DNA from: Verrucomicrobiaceae bacterium
GTDB lineage: Bacteria; Verrucomicrobiota; Verrucomicrobiia; Verrucomicrobiales; Verrucomicrobiaceae
Assembly: GCA_016795365.1 (NCBI GenBank)
Contig: JAEUHN010000036.1
Span: 93,163 to 157,162, forward strand
Direction of reading: 5' to 3'
Length of the DNA stretch: 64,000 nucleotides
Shown: positions 30,303 through 39,456 of the stretch, piece after piece
How the letters are laid out: every line of letters starts with the position of its first letter
How positions within the stretch are numbered: the stretch's first letter is position 1
Made by a program: the position numbers and the translations under genes
Notes under the pieces: model-generated
Told to the model about the DNA's origin: nothing
The model's database searches: none
What the model saw: the letters and a program-made list of their open reading frames with translations, nothing else

Positions 30303-30968
30303 ATGACAGAACTCGTCTCAGAAGCCATCGCTCTGCACAACCTGCCAGCCACTCTGCTGCTCGGATTGATCGTGGGTTACTGGCTCCTCGTTCTCCTGGG
30401 CGTCGCGGACTCCGACACGGAGCCGATGGACCTTAATGGAGATGGCATTCCCGATGTATCCGGCTCACCCAATGGACTGTGGCCGACCTGCGGCCGCTTC
30501 CTTTACCTCGGGCAGGTGCCGCTCATGATTGTGGTGAGTTTTCTTGCCGTCAGCATGTGGATGATTTCGATGATCTCGAACTACTACTTCAACGGCCTGC
30601 CCGGACATCGCAGCGCGGGCGTGGCGGTGCTGCTGCTGATTCCCAATGTGCTCGTCAGCCTCGTCCTCACCCGCATCGCCGCAGCCCCGTTCCGCAAGCT
30701 TTTCAGCGCCATGGACAAGGCCTCCACCGAAGGCGAGACCGTGATCGACCGCGAGGCGATCGTCACGAGCGCGCAGGTCGATGATCGCTACGGCCAAGTT
30801 GCCATCGTCACGGGTGCCGCCCCGTTGCTGGTCAACGCACGCACGGCCCCGGGTGATCCGGTATTGATCAAAGGCACCACTGTCCGCATCACCAGCGCCG
30901 GAGCCGATCACGCCTTCTATTTCGTCGAACCCACTCCATCCCTCACCCCAACCACCAGCCAACCATGA
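30303..30968 (+). CDS. YqiJ/NfeD-like inner-membrane protein (flotillin-operon partner; N-terminal TM helices plus a C-terminal OB-fold-like beta domain)
   Basis: Architecture and scattered similarity to E. coli YqiJ: a TM helix pair (LPATLLLGLIVGYWLLVLLG; LMIVVSFLAVSMWMISMI) and a C-terminal soluble beta domain (QVAIVTGAAPLLVNARTAPGDPVLIKGTTVRITSAGADHAFYFVEP). Its stop overlaps the next start in an ATGA. Confidence 0.6.
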   Translation: MTELVSEAIALHNLPATLLLGLIVGYWLLVLLGVADSDTEPMDLNGDGIPDVSGSPNGLWPTCGRFLYLGQVPLMIVVSFLAVSMWMISMISNYYFNGLPGHRSAGVAVLLLIPNVLVSLVLTRIAAAPFRKLFSAMDKASTEGETVIDREAIVTSAQVDDRYGQVAIVTGAAPLLVNARTAPGDPVLIKGTTVRITSAGADHAFYFVEPTPSLTPTTSQP

Positions 30969-33037
30969 GTCCGCCCATCCTAGCCTTCGTCCCTGAAACC
31001 TTTCTTGTCGGCGGTGCCGTCATCGTCGCCATCGCCTTCGGCATCGTCATCATGTTCTCGCGCTTCTACCGAAAGGTGCAGCAAGGCCAGGCCATCGTGA
31101 GGAACGGCGTCGGCGGGACCAAAGTCTCGTTCAACGGCATGGTCGTCGTGCCGGTGGTTCATCAGATTGAGCACATGGACATCTCCGTGAAGCGCATCGA
31201 GATCGAGCGCCAAGGCGCTGAAGGATTGATCTGCAAGGACAACATCCGCGCCGACATCAAGGTGGCCTTCTTCGTCCGCGTGAACAAAACCGACCCAGAC
31301 GTGCTGCGTGTTGCGCAGTCCATCGGATGCCAGCGCGCGAGCAGCGTGGACATGATCCGCGTGCTGTTCGATGCGAAGTTCTCCGAAGCGCTCAAGACCG
31401 TGGGCAAGCGCTTCGACTTCGTGCAGCTCTACAATGAGCGCGATCACTTCAAAGATGAGATCCTCAAAGTGATCGGCACCGATCTCAACGGCTTCGCCCT
31501 CGACGATTGCGCCATCGACTTCCTGGAGCAGACCGCTTTGGAAAACCTAGATCCCGACAACATCCTCGACGCCGAAGGCATCAAGAAGATCACCGAACTC
31601 ACCGCCGCACAGGCCAAGCTGGCGAACAACATCCAGCGCGATAAGGAACAGGTCATCAAGAAGCAGGACGTGCAGGCCCGCGAAGCGATCCTGGAACTCG
31701 AGCGCCAGCTCGCCGAGACCGAGGCCAAGCAGAAGCGCGACGTGGAAAGCGTGAAGGCACGCGAAACCGCCGAGATGATGAAAGTGCAGGAAGAAGAGCG
31801 TCTCAAAGCCGAGCGCGCGAAGATCGCCGCCGACGAAGAGATCGCCGTCGCCACGCAGAACAAGGACCGCCAGGTGCTCGTTGCCCAGCGCAACAAGGAG
31901 CGCACCGACGCCGTGGAAGTCGAGCGCGTCACCCGCGACCGCGACCTGGAGATCATCGAGCGCGAGCGCGTCACCACCTTGAAGGGCATCGAGAAGGAGA
32001 AGGCCGTCGAAGTGGAGAAGAAGAACATCCAGGAGGTCATCAAGGAGCGCGTCGCTCTGGAGAAGACCGTCGTTGTCGAGCAGCAAAAGATGAAGGACAC
32101 CGAAGCCTTCGCCACCGCCGATCGCGAGAAGCAAGTCGCCCTTACCAACGCGGAGAAGAACGCGCAGGAACAGTTGATCCAGAAGATCAAAGAAGCCGAG
32201 GCCGCGAAGCAAGCCGCCCAGCTCGCCGCCGAACAAGCCGCCTTCGCCCAGACCAAAGCCGCCGAAGCTGCGAAGCTCGCCGCTGAGCTCCACGCTCAAG
32301 AGTTGCTCACCCTTGCCGAAGCCCGCCAAGAGGCCGCTGGCAAAGATGCGACCGCCACCAAAGCACTCGCCGATGCGGAAGCCGCCAAGGCCGCCGCTCC
32401 GGGACTTGGCGAAGCGCAGGTGCTGCTCGCGAAAGCCGATGCAGTGAAGAAGCAAGGCAGTGCCGAAGCCGAGATCACGCAGCTCAAACTGGCCGCCGAA
32501 GCCGATGGCATCACCAAGAAAGCCGAGGCCATGAAGCTGCTCGAGAACGCCGGTCGCGAGCACGAGGAATTCAAGCTCAACCTCGAGAAAACCAAGGCCG
32601 TCGAACTCGCGCAAATCCATATCCAGAAGGACATCGCCGCCGCTCAGGCAGGCGTGCTCGGCGAGGCCATGAAGTCCGCGAAGATCGAAATCGTGGGCGG
32701 CGAGAGCCAGTTCTTCGACAAGATCACGCAAGCCATCGGCACCGGCCGCGCCATCGATCGCATGGTCGAAGGCAGCCGCACCTTGACCGATGTGAAGGAG
32801 ACCTTCTTCAATGGCGACCCCGACTACTTCAAGGCTCAGGTCCGAGGCCTCGTCGATCAGTTCGGTCTCACCGCCGAGGACACGAAGAACCTCACGATGA
32901 GCGCCCTGCTCATCAAGATGCTCGGCCTCAATCCCGACGAAGGCACCACCGGCAAACTCACGAGCCTCGTCGGCGCGATGGCGAGGTTCGGTCTCGCTGA
33001 CAAGCCTGCCGGTGTGCTGCTGGGCGGGAAGAAGTGA
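30965..33037 (+). CDS. yqiK: YqiK-type flotillin (SPFH domain plus a long Ala/Glu/Lys-rich coiled-coil)
   Basis: FSRFYRKVQQGQAIVRNGVGGTKVSFNGMVVVPVVHQIEHMDISVKRIEIERQ...KVAFFVRVNKTDPDVLRVAQSIG aligns closely with E. coli YqiK. It is followed by ~300 aa of coiled-coil with AEAAK-type repeats. ATGA overlap with the upstream gene. Confidence 0.85.
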   Translation: MSPPILAFVPETFLVGGAVIVAIAFGIVIMFSRFYRKVQQGQAIVRNGVGGTKVSFNGMVVVPVVHQIEHMDISVKRIEIERQGAEGLICKDNIRADIKVAFFVRVNKTDPDVLRVAQSIGCQRASSVDMIRVLFDAKFSEALKTVGKRFDFVQLYNERDHFKDEILKVIGTDLNGFALDDCAIDFLEQTALENLDPDNILDAEGIKKITELTAAQAKLANNIQRDKEQVIKKQDVQAREAILELERQLAETEAKQKRDVESVKARETAEMMKVQEEERLKAERAKIAADEEIAVATQNKDRQVLVAQRNKERTDAVEVERVTRDRDLEIIERERVTTLKGIEKEKAVEVEKKNIQEVIKERVALEKTVVVEQQKMKDTEAFATADREKQVALTNAEKNAQEQLIQKIKEAEAAKQAAQLAAEQAAFAQTKAAEAAKLAAELHAQELLTLAEARQEAAGKDATATKALADAEAAKAAAPGLGEAQVLLAKADAVKKQGSAEAEITQLKLAAEADGITKKAEAMKLLENAGREHEEFKLNLEKTKAVELAQIHIQKDIAAAQAGVLGEAMKSAKIEIVGGESQFFDKITQAIGTGRAIDRMVEGSRTLTDVKETFFNGDPDYFKAQVRGLVDQFGLTAEDTKNLTMSALLIKMLGLNPDEGTTGKLTSLVGAMARFGLADKPAGVLLGGKK

Positions 33038-33063
33038 AGCCAGTTGTTTCGTGACCTAACGTC

Positions 33064-36000
33064 ATGCCTGACACTCCCACAACGCCGCCTCCTTCCCAGC
33101 TCGAAGCGGGAGCCTACGAGGTCATTCGTGCGCGGCTGGACAAGCATGCGAGCGAACTACGCCGTCGGCTGGAGCTGCTGAATGCGGATCGCAAAGAGCT
33201 GTTCGGCGGCATTGAGACGGCATTGGCGGCCACGGTTCGCCTCACGACGGAGAACAACTGCGTGCCGCGCGATCTCGCGGCCATTGGACCTAAGCGGTTT
33301 GTCTTCGGCTACAATGTGCATCTCGGGCTGCGCTCGCAGATGCAGGTGGCGGATGTTTTTGCGGTCTATGACTACCACGCAGAGGATCACTCCTTCCATC
33401 CGAACAAGAATGGCCTGCTCGCCGATCCGAAGTTCACGGAAGACTTCGATTACCTGTATCGCTACTACAAGTCGGCCACGTTCCTGAAGTTCCATCGCAT
33501 CGGTCCCCATCTCTACATGGGCATGTCGGTAGGTCGTGATGTGGCGGAGGTGAAGGCCTTCAAATGGCTGGTCAATGACGAGACCGGCACGCTGCAATAC
33601 CTGGGCAATCGCTTCGATCACGAGTTCGTCTTTCCTGCGGCGCAGGAGTTCGAGTGGAAGCGCGCACGCCGCGAGATGTATCGCCACGGCGAGCATCCGC
33701 ATGTCTCGATCGAGGACCGTGTGTTCGTCGAGACCATCGGCGGCGATCTAACGATCAAGGTGGAGAACAACACCGACAGCGGCAAAGGCATCTACTCCGA
33801 GCCGGTCGAGAATAAGGATCAAACACTGGACGATGCCGAGATCCACTACGCAATCATTGGCAATCTCATCCTGCTCAAGGTGCTGCCGTATCAGGAGAAA
33901 GCGTATCGTTACCTCGTCTTCAACGAGCGCACCCAGGACGTGCGGCGCATGGATGCCATCGCCGAATCCTGCGTGCTGCTGCCCGATGATCACGGTGTCA
34001 TCTTCCCGCGCGGCTACGTGCTGCAAACCGGTGAAGTGAAGACCTTTGAGACAGGTCTGGAAAACATGCGCTTCGAGCGTCGCATCGCATCGGCCAATGG
34101 CGAGGACACGCTCTTCATCTTCCACAATCTCTCGACCGGTGCCTACCTGTTGTTCGCCTACAATCTGATCGAGCAAAGCGTGGGCACACCGCTGATCTGC
34201 AACGGATTCAGCCTCTTCCCCACGGGCGAGCTGACCTTGTTCCAAGGCGATCCCGAGCCGCGCAAGCATCACGTCATCCAGGTCTGGCGCACGCCGTTCC
34301 TGAGCGACGCAGTGTCGCAGGCGCAGCAAAAGGACACCTTCCTCGCAAAGATCGGCAATGCCGACATCGTGCGCTGCATGGCAGAGTGCCGTGGCGTGCT
34401 CACGCTGCTCGCGAAGGAGGACACGTTCAGCGGCTTGTATGTCGAACTGTCACGACGCGCGGGCGACATCGCGGACAGTTACTTTTGGATCGACAAAGGC
34501 GAGGCCCACGACCTGAAGTCGGCGCTCGTCGAGATCAAAGGCGCGGCTGAGGCAGCGCTAGGCGAGTTCGAAAAGGTGCGCCGCATGAGGAAAGCGGCGA
34601 AGGACCAAACGGAAGGGCTGCGCACGAAGACGTCCAAGGCACTCAACGAAGCCAGCGGCTCGGATGCAAATGACATCCTCGGCTTCGTGAAGCACCTAAC
34701 AACGTTGCGCGAGCTACGAGGCCAGATCCTCGCGGCGCGTGATGTGCGCTACGTCGTGCTCGATGATCTCGCAGCGATGGAGAAGTCCGTCGTCGAGGGC
34801 ACGGACCGCCTGAGCCAGCACTGCATCACCTTCCTGCTGAAGCCGGAGGCGCTTGACCCGTATCGCAAGCAAGTCGCCGAGCAGAAGGCCCGCATCGATC
34901 AAGTCAAGAAGGTCGCGGAGGCCAATGAGGTGGAGCAGGCACTGACGCAATCCGGCACCGAACTGGAGATGCTGATCAGTGTGGTGAGCGGCCTGAAGAT
35001 TGGGGATGCCACCGAGACCACGCGCATCATCGAGAGCATCTCCGAGTTGTATGCGCAGCTCAATCAAGTGCGCTCGGTGCTCCGGAACAAGCGCAACGAC
35101 CTCGCTAAGGCGGAAGGCTCTGCCGAGTTCCAGGCGCAGCTAAGCTTGCTCAATCAGAGCGTGCAGAACTACCTGGAAGTCGCCAGCACGCCAGAGAAGT
35201 GCGACGAAGCACTGACGCGTGTGATGGTGCAGGTGGAGGAAGTCGAAGGACGCTTCTCGGAGTTCGATGACTTCACCGTGCAGCTCAGCACGAAGCGCGA
35301 AGAGATATACTCCGCCTTCCAGACACGTCGGCAAAGCCTGGTCGAAACGCGCAACAAGCGCTGCCAGTCGCTCGGACAATCGGCGGAGCGGATCCTGGCG
35401 AGCCTGCGCAATCGCGTGGTGAGCTTCGCCAAGCCGGAGGAAGTTCACGCCCACCTCGCCTCCGATGTGATGGCGGCGAAGCTGCGCGACCTCATCGAAG
35501 AGCTGCGCGGCCTGGGCGACAGCGTGCGCGCGGATGAGCTGGGCACGCGCTTCAAGACCTTGCACGAGGACGCCTTGAAGCAGATTCGCGACAAAGCGGA
35601 ACTGTTCTCCGAAGGCGGTGATCTCATTCAGCTCGGCAGGCACAAGTTCACCGTCAATCGCCAGCCGTTGGAACTGACCATTCTGCCACACGATGGCGGC
35701 TTGTTTTATCACCTCACGGGCACGCGGTTCTTTGAGAAACTGGAGCATCCCGATCTCGATGCGTTGCGCACGGTCTGGGAGCAGAGCGTCGTGTCCGAGG
35801 ATGCGACGGTCTATCGTGGGGAGTTCCTGGCCTGGCGTTTCCTTCAGTCCCTTCAGCACGACGACGCAGCGCTCGCGGCTTTCGAAACCTCATCGCCCGA
35901 GACCAAGACCGAACGGCTGCGCGAGTTCATGCACCAGCGTTACAGCGAAGGCTACACCAAGGGCGTGCATGACCATGATGCTGCATTGATCGCCGGTGCG

Positions 36001-38115
36001 CTGGTGCAGATGCATCGTGCGCTGGGCTTGCTGAAGCACTCGCCTGCGGCACGCGCGGAAGCGTTGGTCGCGTGGCATTGCTGGGCTGACAGCGCCGAGA
36101 AGACGGCGTTCCAAGCAGCGATGATGGCGCGGGGTCGGATGGGGTTGCAGGTTGGCGCGGTTCGTGAACAACCCGTGCCTGCCTTGGAAAACCCTGCCGG
36201 AGTTCAGGCCTTGCTTGATGAGCTGCGTGCCTTGTCCGCGAAGCATCCGCAATTGCCTTTCACGCGCTCGTTCGAGGCGGTGGAGTTGCTGCGTTCCTTC
36301 AAGAAGACGCTCACGGCCAAGCGCATGACCGCCGACTTCGATGCCGCGATGGAAGCGCTGAAGTCGCAGCCACGCACGCAGTATCAGATCATCTTCGAGT
36401 GGCTGCGCGCCACGCATCCCGAAGCAGGCGAAGGCATTGCCCGAGAGGCCGCGGCCTTGATTTTGATGAATGATCAGCCACCCGCGACACTGCCCACACC
36501 GCCGCCGTCCAAGGCCACGATCACAGGCTTGACCGGTGCCTACGCACGCATCGCAGACGGCGCACTGGCGCTCGATTACCATGAGTTCACCGCGCGTTTG
36601 TCACACTACGACGCCACCGTGGTGCCCGCGTTTGAGGCCTTCACGAAGCTGAAGCACGACCTCGGTGAGCAGAAGCGCAAGGCGCTGCGTTTGCACGAAT
36701 TCAAAGCTAGCGTGCTCAGCTCCTTCGTGCGCAATCGCTTGCTCGATCAGGTGTATCTGCCGGTCATCGGCGCGAACCTCGCGAAGCAACTCGGGGCCGC
36801 TGGCGATCAGACGCGCACGGATCGCATGGGCTTGCTGATGCTCATTTCGCCACCCGGCTACGGCAAGACGACGCTGATGGAGTATGTCGCAAACCGACTG
36901 GGCATCACCTTCGTGAAGATCAATGGTCCGGCCATCGGGCATCGCGTGACTTCGCTCGATCCGGCGGAGGCGCCGAACGCCAGTGCGCGTGAGGAAGTGG
37001 AGAAGCTCAACCTCGCGTTCGAGATGGGTGACAACGTCATCATTTACGTGGATGACATTCAGCACACGAACCCGGAGTTCCTGCAAAAATTCATCTCGCT
37101 CTGCGATGGCTCGCGCAAGATCGAAGGTGTCTTCAAGGGCGTCGCGCGCACCTATGATTTGCGTGGTCGCAAGGTCGCCGTGGTGATGGCGGGCAATCCC
37201 TACACCGAGGTCGGTGGCAAGTTCCAGGTGCCCGACATGCTCGCCAATCGAGCAGACACTTACAACCTGGGCGACATCCTCGGCGGCCACGAAGCGGCAT
37301 TCAAAGACAGCTACATCGAAAACGCACTGACCAGCAATGCCACGCTGGCGAAGATCGCAGCGCGCAGTCACAAGGACGCGCTCACCGTTTTGCAGATCGC
37401 TCAGACCGGCAGCCGCGAGGGCGTTGAGTTCGAGGGCAACTTCGGCGCGGATGAGATCAACGAAGCCGTGGCCGTGATGGAGCGACTGCTGCGCATTCGC
37501 GAAGTGATCCTTCGTGTGAACCAAGAATACATCCGCAGCGCCGCGCAGGAGGACGCGTATCGCACTGAGCCACCGTTCAAGCTGCAAGGCAGCTATCGCA
37601 ACATGAACCGCATCGCCGAGAAGGTGCTGCCGCTCATGACCGAGGCCGAGGTGCAGTCGCTCATCGAAGATCACTATCGCGGCGAGTCGCAAACGCTGAG
37701 CCAGGCCGCCGAAGCCAACCTGCTCAAGTGGCGCGAGATCAACAACTTGCTCGATGAAGCCGGAGCCAAGCGCTGGGAGGAAATCAAGCGCACCTTTGGC
37801 CGCAACCTGCTCACGGGCGGCGGTGGCGACAATGATCCCATCAGCCGCATCACAGGCCAGATGAATGCCTTCAACGCGGGCCTGGAGAAGATCAGCGACG
37901 CCGTTTCGAAGCCCACGCTCAGCGATGCGACCATGGTCAGCTTGCAGAAGATCATCGACGGCCTGCGCGCCGTGCCGGTGAATGTGGAGATCAAGGTGAT
38001 CCCCGTTGAACCCCTGGCGAACGATCCCGACATGCTCGTGGGCATTCAGAGCGATGTGGTCCAAGGCGACCCCGCACCCGCGCCATCGAAGAAACGCAAA
38101 CCCACCCAGTCATGA
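33064..38115 (+). CDS. Giant (1683 aa) uncharacterised protein with an N-terminal beta-rich region, central coiled-coil/helical region and a C-terminal MoxR/AAA_5-like AAA+ ATPase domain
   Basis: Walker A LMLISPPGYGKTTLMEYV (~aa 1260). Walker B VIIYVDDIQHTNPEFLQKF. MoxR-like sensor region VAVVMAGNPYTEVGGKFQVPDMLANRADTY. No VWA, nuclease or known defence-domain signatures recognised. Starts 26 bp after yqiK. Its stop overlaps the next gene's start (ATGA at 38112-38115). Confidence 0.8.
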   Translation: MPDTPTTPPPSQLEAGAYEVIRARLDKHASELRRRLELLNADRKELFGGIETALAATVRLTTENNCVPRDLAAIGPKRFVFGYNVHLGLRSQMQVADVFAVYDYHAEDHSFHPNKNGLLADPKFTEDFDYLYRYYKSATFLKFHRIGPHLYMGMSVGRDVAEVKAFKWLVNDETGTLQYLGNRFDHEFVFPAAQEFEWKRARREMYRHGEHPHVSIEDRVFVETIGGDLTIKVENNTDSGKGIYSEPVENKDQTLDDAEIHYAIIGNLILLKVLPYQEKAYRYLVFNERTQDVRRMDAIAESCVLLPDDHGVIFPRGYVLQTGEVKTFETGLENMRFERRIASANGEDTLFIFHNLSTGAYLLFAYNLIEQSVGTPLICNGFSLFPTGELTLFQGDPEPRKHHVIQVWRTPFLSDAVSQAQQKDTFLAKIGNADIVRCMAECRGVLTLLAKEDTFSGLYVELSRRAGDIADSYFWIDKGEAHDLKSALVEIKGAAEAALGEFEKVRRMRKAAKDQTEGLRTKTSKALNEASGSDANDILGFVKHLTTLRELRGQILAARDVRYVVLDDLAAMEKSVVEGTDRLSQHCITFLLKPEALDPYRKQVAEQKARIDQVKKVAEANEVEQALTQSGTELEMLISVVSGLKIGDATETTRIIESISELYAQLNQVRSVLRNKRNDLAKAEGSAEFQAQLSLLNQSVQNYLEVASTPEKCDEALTRVMVQVEEVEGRFSEFDDFTVQLSTKREEIYSAFQTRRQSLVETRNKRCQSLGQSAERILASLRNRVVSFAKPEEVHAHLASDVMAAKLRDLIEELRGLGDSVRADELGTRFKTLHEDALKQIRDKAELFSEGGDLIQLGRHKFTVNRQPLELTILPHDGGLFYHLTGTRFFEKLEHPDLDALRTVWEQSVVSEDATVYRGEFLAWRFLQSLQHDDAALAAFETSSPETKTERLREFMHQRYSEGYTKGVHDHDAALIAGALVQMHRALGLLKHSPAARAEALVAWHCWADSAEKTAFQAAMMARGRMGLQVGAVREQPVPALENPAGVQALLDELRALSAKHPQLPFTRSFEAVELLRSFKKTLTAKRMTADFDAAMEALKSQPRTQYQIIFEWLRATHPEAGEGIAREAAALILMNDQPPATLPTPPPSKATITGLTGAYARIADGALALDYHEFTARLSHYDATVVPAFEAFTKLKHDLGEQKRKALRLHEFKASVLSSFVRNRLLDQVYLPVIGANLAKQLGAAGDQTRTDRMGLLMLISPPGYGKTTLMEYVANRLGITFVKINGPAIGHRVTSLDPAEAPNASAREEVEKLNLAFEMGDNVIIYVDDIQHTNPEFLQKFISLCDGSRKIEGVFKGVARTYDLRGRKVAVVMAGNPYTEVGGKFQVPDMLANRADTYNLGDILGGHEAAFKDSYIENALTSNATLAKIAARSHKDALTVLQIAQTGSREGVEFEGNFGADEINEAVAVMERLLRIREVILRVNQEYIRSAAQEDAYRTEPPFKLQGSYRNMNRIAEKVLPLMTEAEVQSLIEDHYRGESQTLSQAAEANLLKWREINNLLDEAGAKRWEEIKRTFGRNLLTGGGGDNDPISRITGQMNAFNAGLEKISDAVSKPTLSDATMVSLQKIIDGLRAVPVNVEIKVIPVEPLANDPDMLVGIQSDVVQGDPAPAPSKKRKPTQS

Positions 38116-38873
38116 CTCCCCGTCACTCCCTCGGACCCGCGAAGCCCGAATTGTATCCCGTGCCCAAGGCCTGGGACATTCCCGAGTCGATCCGTCATCG
38201 CCTCGGTGTCGAGGCTGGACCTCAGCGCGCGATCTTCGAGGACGGACACCTCCTGGTGATCCTCCACCACATTCCCAAGCCTGATCAGACGGACCGCGTG
38301 CCTGCCTTCTTCTGGCGCAACGCCGCTGGCGAATGGCGGAGCACGGAAGGCAAAGGCATGGGACCCGTCGCCTTGCAGAACTTCTTGGATGCCTGGGAGA
38401 CGAAGCTGCAAGCGCTGGAAGTCGCCGAGCAGAAGGCCATGACCGCCACCGAGTATCACGCCCTGCTGGAGGAAGCCGGTCCCATCCTGCGCACCACGCG
38501 CGGCCTGCATCGCGCGCTGCAACAGGCCCGCGAACTGGTGAAGGACGACCGTGACCTGATCAACTTTCGCGACATCGCCGCCGGCCTGGAACGCACCGCC
38601 GAACTGCTGCTACAGGACGCGCAGTTCGGACTCAACTTCATCGCTGCTCGTCAGTCCGAGCACCAGGCCGCCATGGCCCAGCAGATGAATTCCACCGCCC
38701 ATCGGCTCAACATCATCGCCGCCCTGTTCCTGCCCGTGACCGCCATCGCCAGCATCCTGAGCATGGACATCTCCAGCGGCCTGGCCAACACACGCCCCAA
38801 CTTCTGGCTCGTGCTCGCCGCCGGCTGCCTGCTGGGCGGCAGCCTAGCAACTTGGGTGAGCCGGAGGAAGTGA
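38112..38873 (+). CDS. CorA-like two-TM membrane protein with a degenerate GMN motif (S-M-D)
   Basis: The C-terminal region (NSTAHRLNIIAALFLPVTAIASILSMDISSGLANTRPNFWLVLAAGCLLGGSLATWVSRRK) reproduces CorA topology, i.e. (N.vMK.LT..s.iflP.t.iaGiyGMNf ... TM2 ... RRK), but with SMD in place of GMN. The N-terminal ~170 aa is a helical cytoplasmic domain. Translationally coupled to the giant ATPase gene. Confidence 0.55.
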   Translation: MTPRHSLGPAKPELYPVPKAWDIPESIRHRLGVEAGPQRAIFEDGHLLVILHHIPKPDQTDRVPAFFWRNAAGEWRSTEGKGMGPVALQNFLDAWETKLQALEVAEQKAMTATEYHALLEEAGPILRTTRGLHRALQQARELVKDDRDLINFRDIAAGLERTAELLLQDAQFGLNFIAARQSEHQAAMAQQMNSTAHRLNIIAALFLPVTAIASILSMDISSGLANTRPNFWLVLAAGCLLGGSLATWVSRRK

Positions 38874-39254
38874 CTACGCGATGTGCGTGCGATACGCGTC
38901 GGCGGCGAGGAGCTTGTCAAACTCGGCAGGGTCGAAAGCCTTGATCTTGAACATCCAGCCGGCGAGATACGGATCGCGGTTCACGAGGCCGGGATCATTG
39001 AACAGGGCCTCGTTTACTTCGACCACTTCACCGGAAATCGGGGCATACACATCGTTAGCTGCCTTCACGGACTCGATGGTGCAGATCGCTTCACCGGCGC
39101 TGACCACGCGGCCGACCTTGGGCAGCTCGACGAAGACAACGTCGGTCAGCTCATGCTGAGCGTGGTCGGAGATCCCGCAGATGACGGGATCGGAGGAGGG
39201 ATCGCACCATTCGTGCGAATCACGGTAGCGGAGGTTGTCGGCGACGGCGCTCAT
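38874..39254 (-). CDS. gcvH: Glycine cleavage system H protein (lipoyl carrier)
   Basis: Start at MSAVADNLRYRDSHEWC. The lipoyl-lysine region (TIESVKAANDVYAPISGEVVEVN) is canonical GcvH. It abuts the CorA-like gene stop with zero spacer. Confidence 0.85.
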   Translation of the reverse strand: MSAVADNLRYRDSHEWCDPSSDPVICGISDHAQHELTDVVFVELPKVGRVVSAGEAICTIESVKAANDVYAPISGEVVEVNEALFNDPGLVNRDPYLAGWMFKIKAFDPAEFDKLLAADAYRTHIA

Positions 39255-39456
39255 GAGTTGGGATGGCTGTGAAGATTCAGTGCAGGGACTCGGCGGAAGC
39301 ATGAACAGGAATTGGCGCGATGAAAAGACAATCTGTTGCGAGATGACAAGATGGCGGGAAAGGGACCATCGGCGATGCGCGAGGTCGTTGCGCAAGAGTG
39401 GGCACTGCTTGGCTAGAAGTTGATTCGTGCGCTGGACCGCCGATAGCTAGCGGCTT

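Noticed and set aside
31547-32731. 394-aa minus-strand ORF within the flotillin coiled-coil region
   Set aside because: Antisense of the Ala/Glu/Lys-rich coiled-coil gives a Leu/Gly-rich repetitive ORF with no start context. It is an artefact of repetitive codon usage.
36601-38064. 487-aa minus-strand ORF inside the giant ATPase gene
   Set aside because: Antisense shadow. The plus-strand frame contains the Walker A/B AAA+ motifs.
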